Positions 61,810 to 64,000 of a DNA stretch of 64,000 nucleotides are shown here, in pieces (within the stretch, counting starts at the first letter, position 1; the number at the start of each line of letters is the position of its first letter). Under the pieces are notes generated by a model. The model did not search any database. It saw only the letters and a program-made list of their open reading frames with translations, and was not told where the DNA came from. The position numbers and the translations under genes were made by a program. This stretch comes from Squalus acanthias (lineage: Eukaryota): assembly GCA_030390025.1 (NCBI GenBank), contig CM059432.1, positions 19,408,001 through 19,472,000 on the forward strand, in the 5' to 3' direction.

Positions 61810-63185
61810 TGTAAGATTCTCAACATTCACAGATCCCCCAAAACCTGAAGACAAACCATAAGGAAAAAGACTTTGGACTCTTTCCTAACTATTTCAGGGT
61901 GGTGAAATACATTGGGCCTAACCGAAGGACATTTTAGGGCAAAAACCAAGATTTGGTATTTTAAAAGACATGTCTGGACTTGTAAGGGAGAAAAGGCTGT
62001 AAAGGAAGGTGGGGTCAACCTCTGTAAAGACAGTTTGGATATTGGAGTTAATGAAAACTGTCTGGGGAACCGCATGACCTCGCTTGGGATTAAATCGGCC
62101 CCTATCAGACATTAACATCCTAACAATAGATCCACGGAAGAGCAGCCCTCACCCAATTTACAGAACCCATCCAAACATGCATAAAACAGATCACTTCTGC
62201 CCACTCTTTAGAAATCCCAGGCCCAGTCAAGAAACTCACAACGTGAGAACAATCAACTACACTTAAGCAGCAGATCGACAGGATGGAGCTATCCCTGAAA
62301 CCACTTCGCACATTCACAAACAGGTTACTGTTAACGAGCCCTCCAAAATCTTACAATAAACCGGGACTGATTAGGAGGCCCCAATTAGTATAATTGAGGG
62401 CCTGTTTTCTCAAGAAGTCAGTTCAGCAGTTACAACAAGTTCTCTACAAGTTCAAGGGTGGAGCAGTTACACAGTTACAACAGAAAGGAGTTCTCGAGTA
62501 CAACCGTACACAGTTCAACAGAAACAAGTTCAACAAGCAAACAGCAAGGAGTTCAGCAAGCAGCAAGGAAGCAGCTCTCCAGTACAACCGTTCAGCAGTT
62601 ACGTGTCCAGCCAGGAGGTCGACAGCTCGAAAACAAGACCGTTCAACAAAGGAGGCCAACAGCTCCAGAAGTAGGCCGACACGCAAGAAGAGACCAGAGC
62701 GACCGCCTCAGTGACCATCGGACACCTCGCGGCAACAAGGGCCTTACGAATCTTTTTACTTAAAAAGACTCTAAACCCTACCTCTGACCAAGGAAAAGTG
62801 GGTACTCACCCGATAAATCCAATCCAGCGAACCCCGAAACCGCGAACCAACTCAACTGTCAAGGATTCGTTTGGTGAGCATTATCCCTGGTCCTCTACAG
62901 CCCAACTTAGCTAGTAAAGTGGGATTGGGAGGGGTGAGGTATTCTTCTAATGTGATTTCCCTCGTATGTACCGCAGTGTTCCCCATTTTATTAGAGTGTT
63001 AAGATTGTTGTGTTATGTTTTACTCTCTTGAATAAAGATCAAAGTTCTTGCATCAAAACCAGTTGTCTGCTGCACTTTTTGTCACAACCCCCAAATAAGT
63101 CCAAGGTCTAGAACCAAGGGTGTGGGAGCGATTCAAACCGCTCAGAAGTCAGAGGTGAAGCTGGCACACACCGCCACCCCCTACA
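61810..63185 (+). mobile_element. Solo LTR (1376 bp)
   Basis: TGTA...TACA ends, flanks ACGG/ACTG (4-bp TSD with one mismatch), AATAAA at 63031. 3' part homologous to 1190-1510. Internal GTTCAGCAG/GTTACAAC repeats at 62410-62650. Confidence 0.83.
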
Positions 63186-63769
63186 ACTGCCATCTCACAT
63201 ACGACTGATGTGATTCAACAGTTGTCTGCACTGCAACGGAGCTAAGTGCCACCAGCTGCAGTATCTGCAGAGGCAACGTACACAGGCCACGGGCACAGCA
63301 GAAGCACGTCTTATGAAAGCTTATGATGCTGCTATGGATACTAAACATCACTACCATTGTTAGTGATGGCAGGGGGCAATTATAAAGGTCAGATTCAGAG
63401 CACTCATAGATAACCAGGGTTCTCTGCTTTCAGAGAACAGTGGGCATCAGTTGTGAAAAGTAGATGACCTGTTCCAGTGCCTCATATACACACCCACTTA
63501 GTTGACTAATTTATACATGCACGGCTAATCCTGAAAAAAATCTTCCTTTCACACAAATATAAAATGAAGTAAAATTTCAACGAATTCTAATGTCACAAAA
63601 TATCAAACTAAACTTGAATACTTGTATCACCCATTTTATTTTGGTGTCTGAAATATCCAAAACAGATTGAACAGGAAACTACACGCTGGGAGACATGGCC
63701 AATGATACGGTTACTTGTGTAGAAACGCAACTAGCTTATTGTGTCAACATATCAGCAACAATAAGAGAC

Positions 63770-63995
63770 AACATCACCTGCAGGGTCCCCTCCAAGACAC
63801 AGACCATCCTGACTTGGGCATACATCGTCTTTCCTTCATTGTTGCTGAGTCAAAATCCTGGAATTCCTCACCTAACATCATTGTAGGAGCACCAGCACCA
63901 CAAGGACTGCAGTGGTTCAAGAAGGAGACCCACCATCACCTTCTCAGGATAACTTGGGATGTGCAATCAATGTGGCCGTACCAGTGTCGTCCACA
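63770..63995 (+). mobile_element. Old 3' fragment of the second LINE family
   Basis: Diverged match to 28455-28690. Confidence 0.65.
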
Positions 63996-64000
63996 TTCGG

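Overview
This is eukaryotic, repeat-dense DNA with no host protein-coding gene I can recognise. The repeat content (HER1-type CR1 LINEs, SacSINE1-like DeuSINEs, Neptune-type Penelope elements) points to a cartilaginous fish, probably a shark; that assignment is an inference. Most of the window is nested transposons: 5'-truncated CR1, L2, Vingi-like and other LINEs, five solo-LTR-like elements (TG...CA, 4-bp TSDs), Penelope elements with minimal hammerhead ribozymes, and many PIF/Harbinger-type elements. The main feature is an apparently intact 4.2-kb autonomous Harbinger transposon (13688-17902, TAA TSD). It carries an uninterrupted 385-aa DDE transposase (minus strand) and a convergent three-exon Myb/SANT gene (about 458 aa once spliced) that the ORF track splits into pieces. 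The same window holds an internal-deletion derivative, a truncated sister copy, several decayed copies and about 10 MITEs. These share GGCGCWA subterminal motifs, recurring perfect splice donors and TTTGACAG/CTGTCAAA hairpins. Boundaries of old repeats are approximate. All family names come from motif recognition by eye, with no database search.
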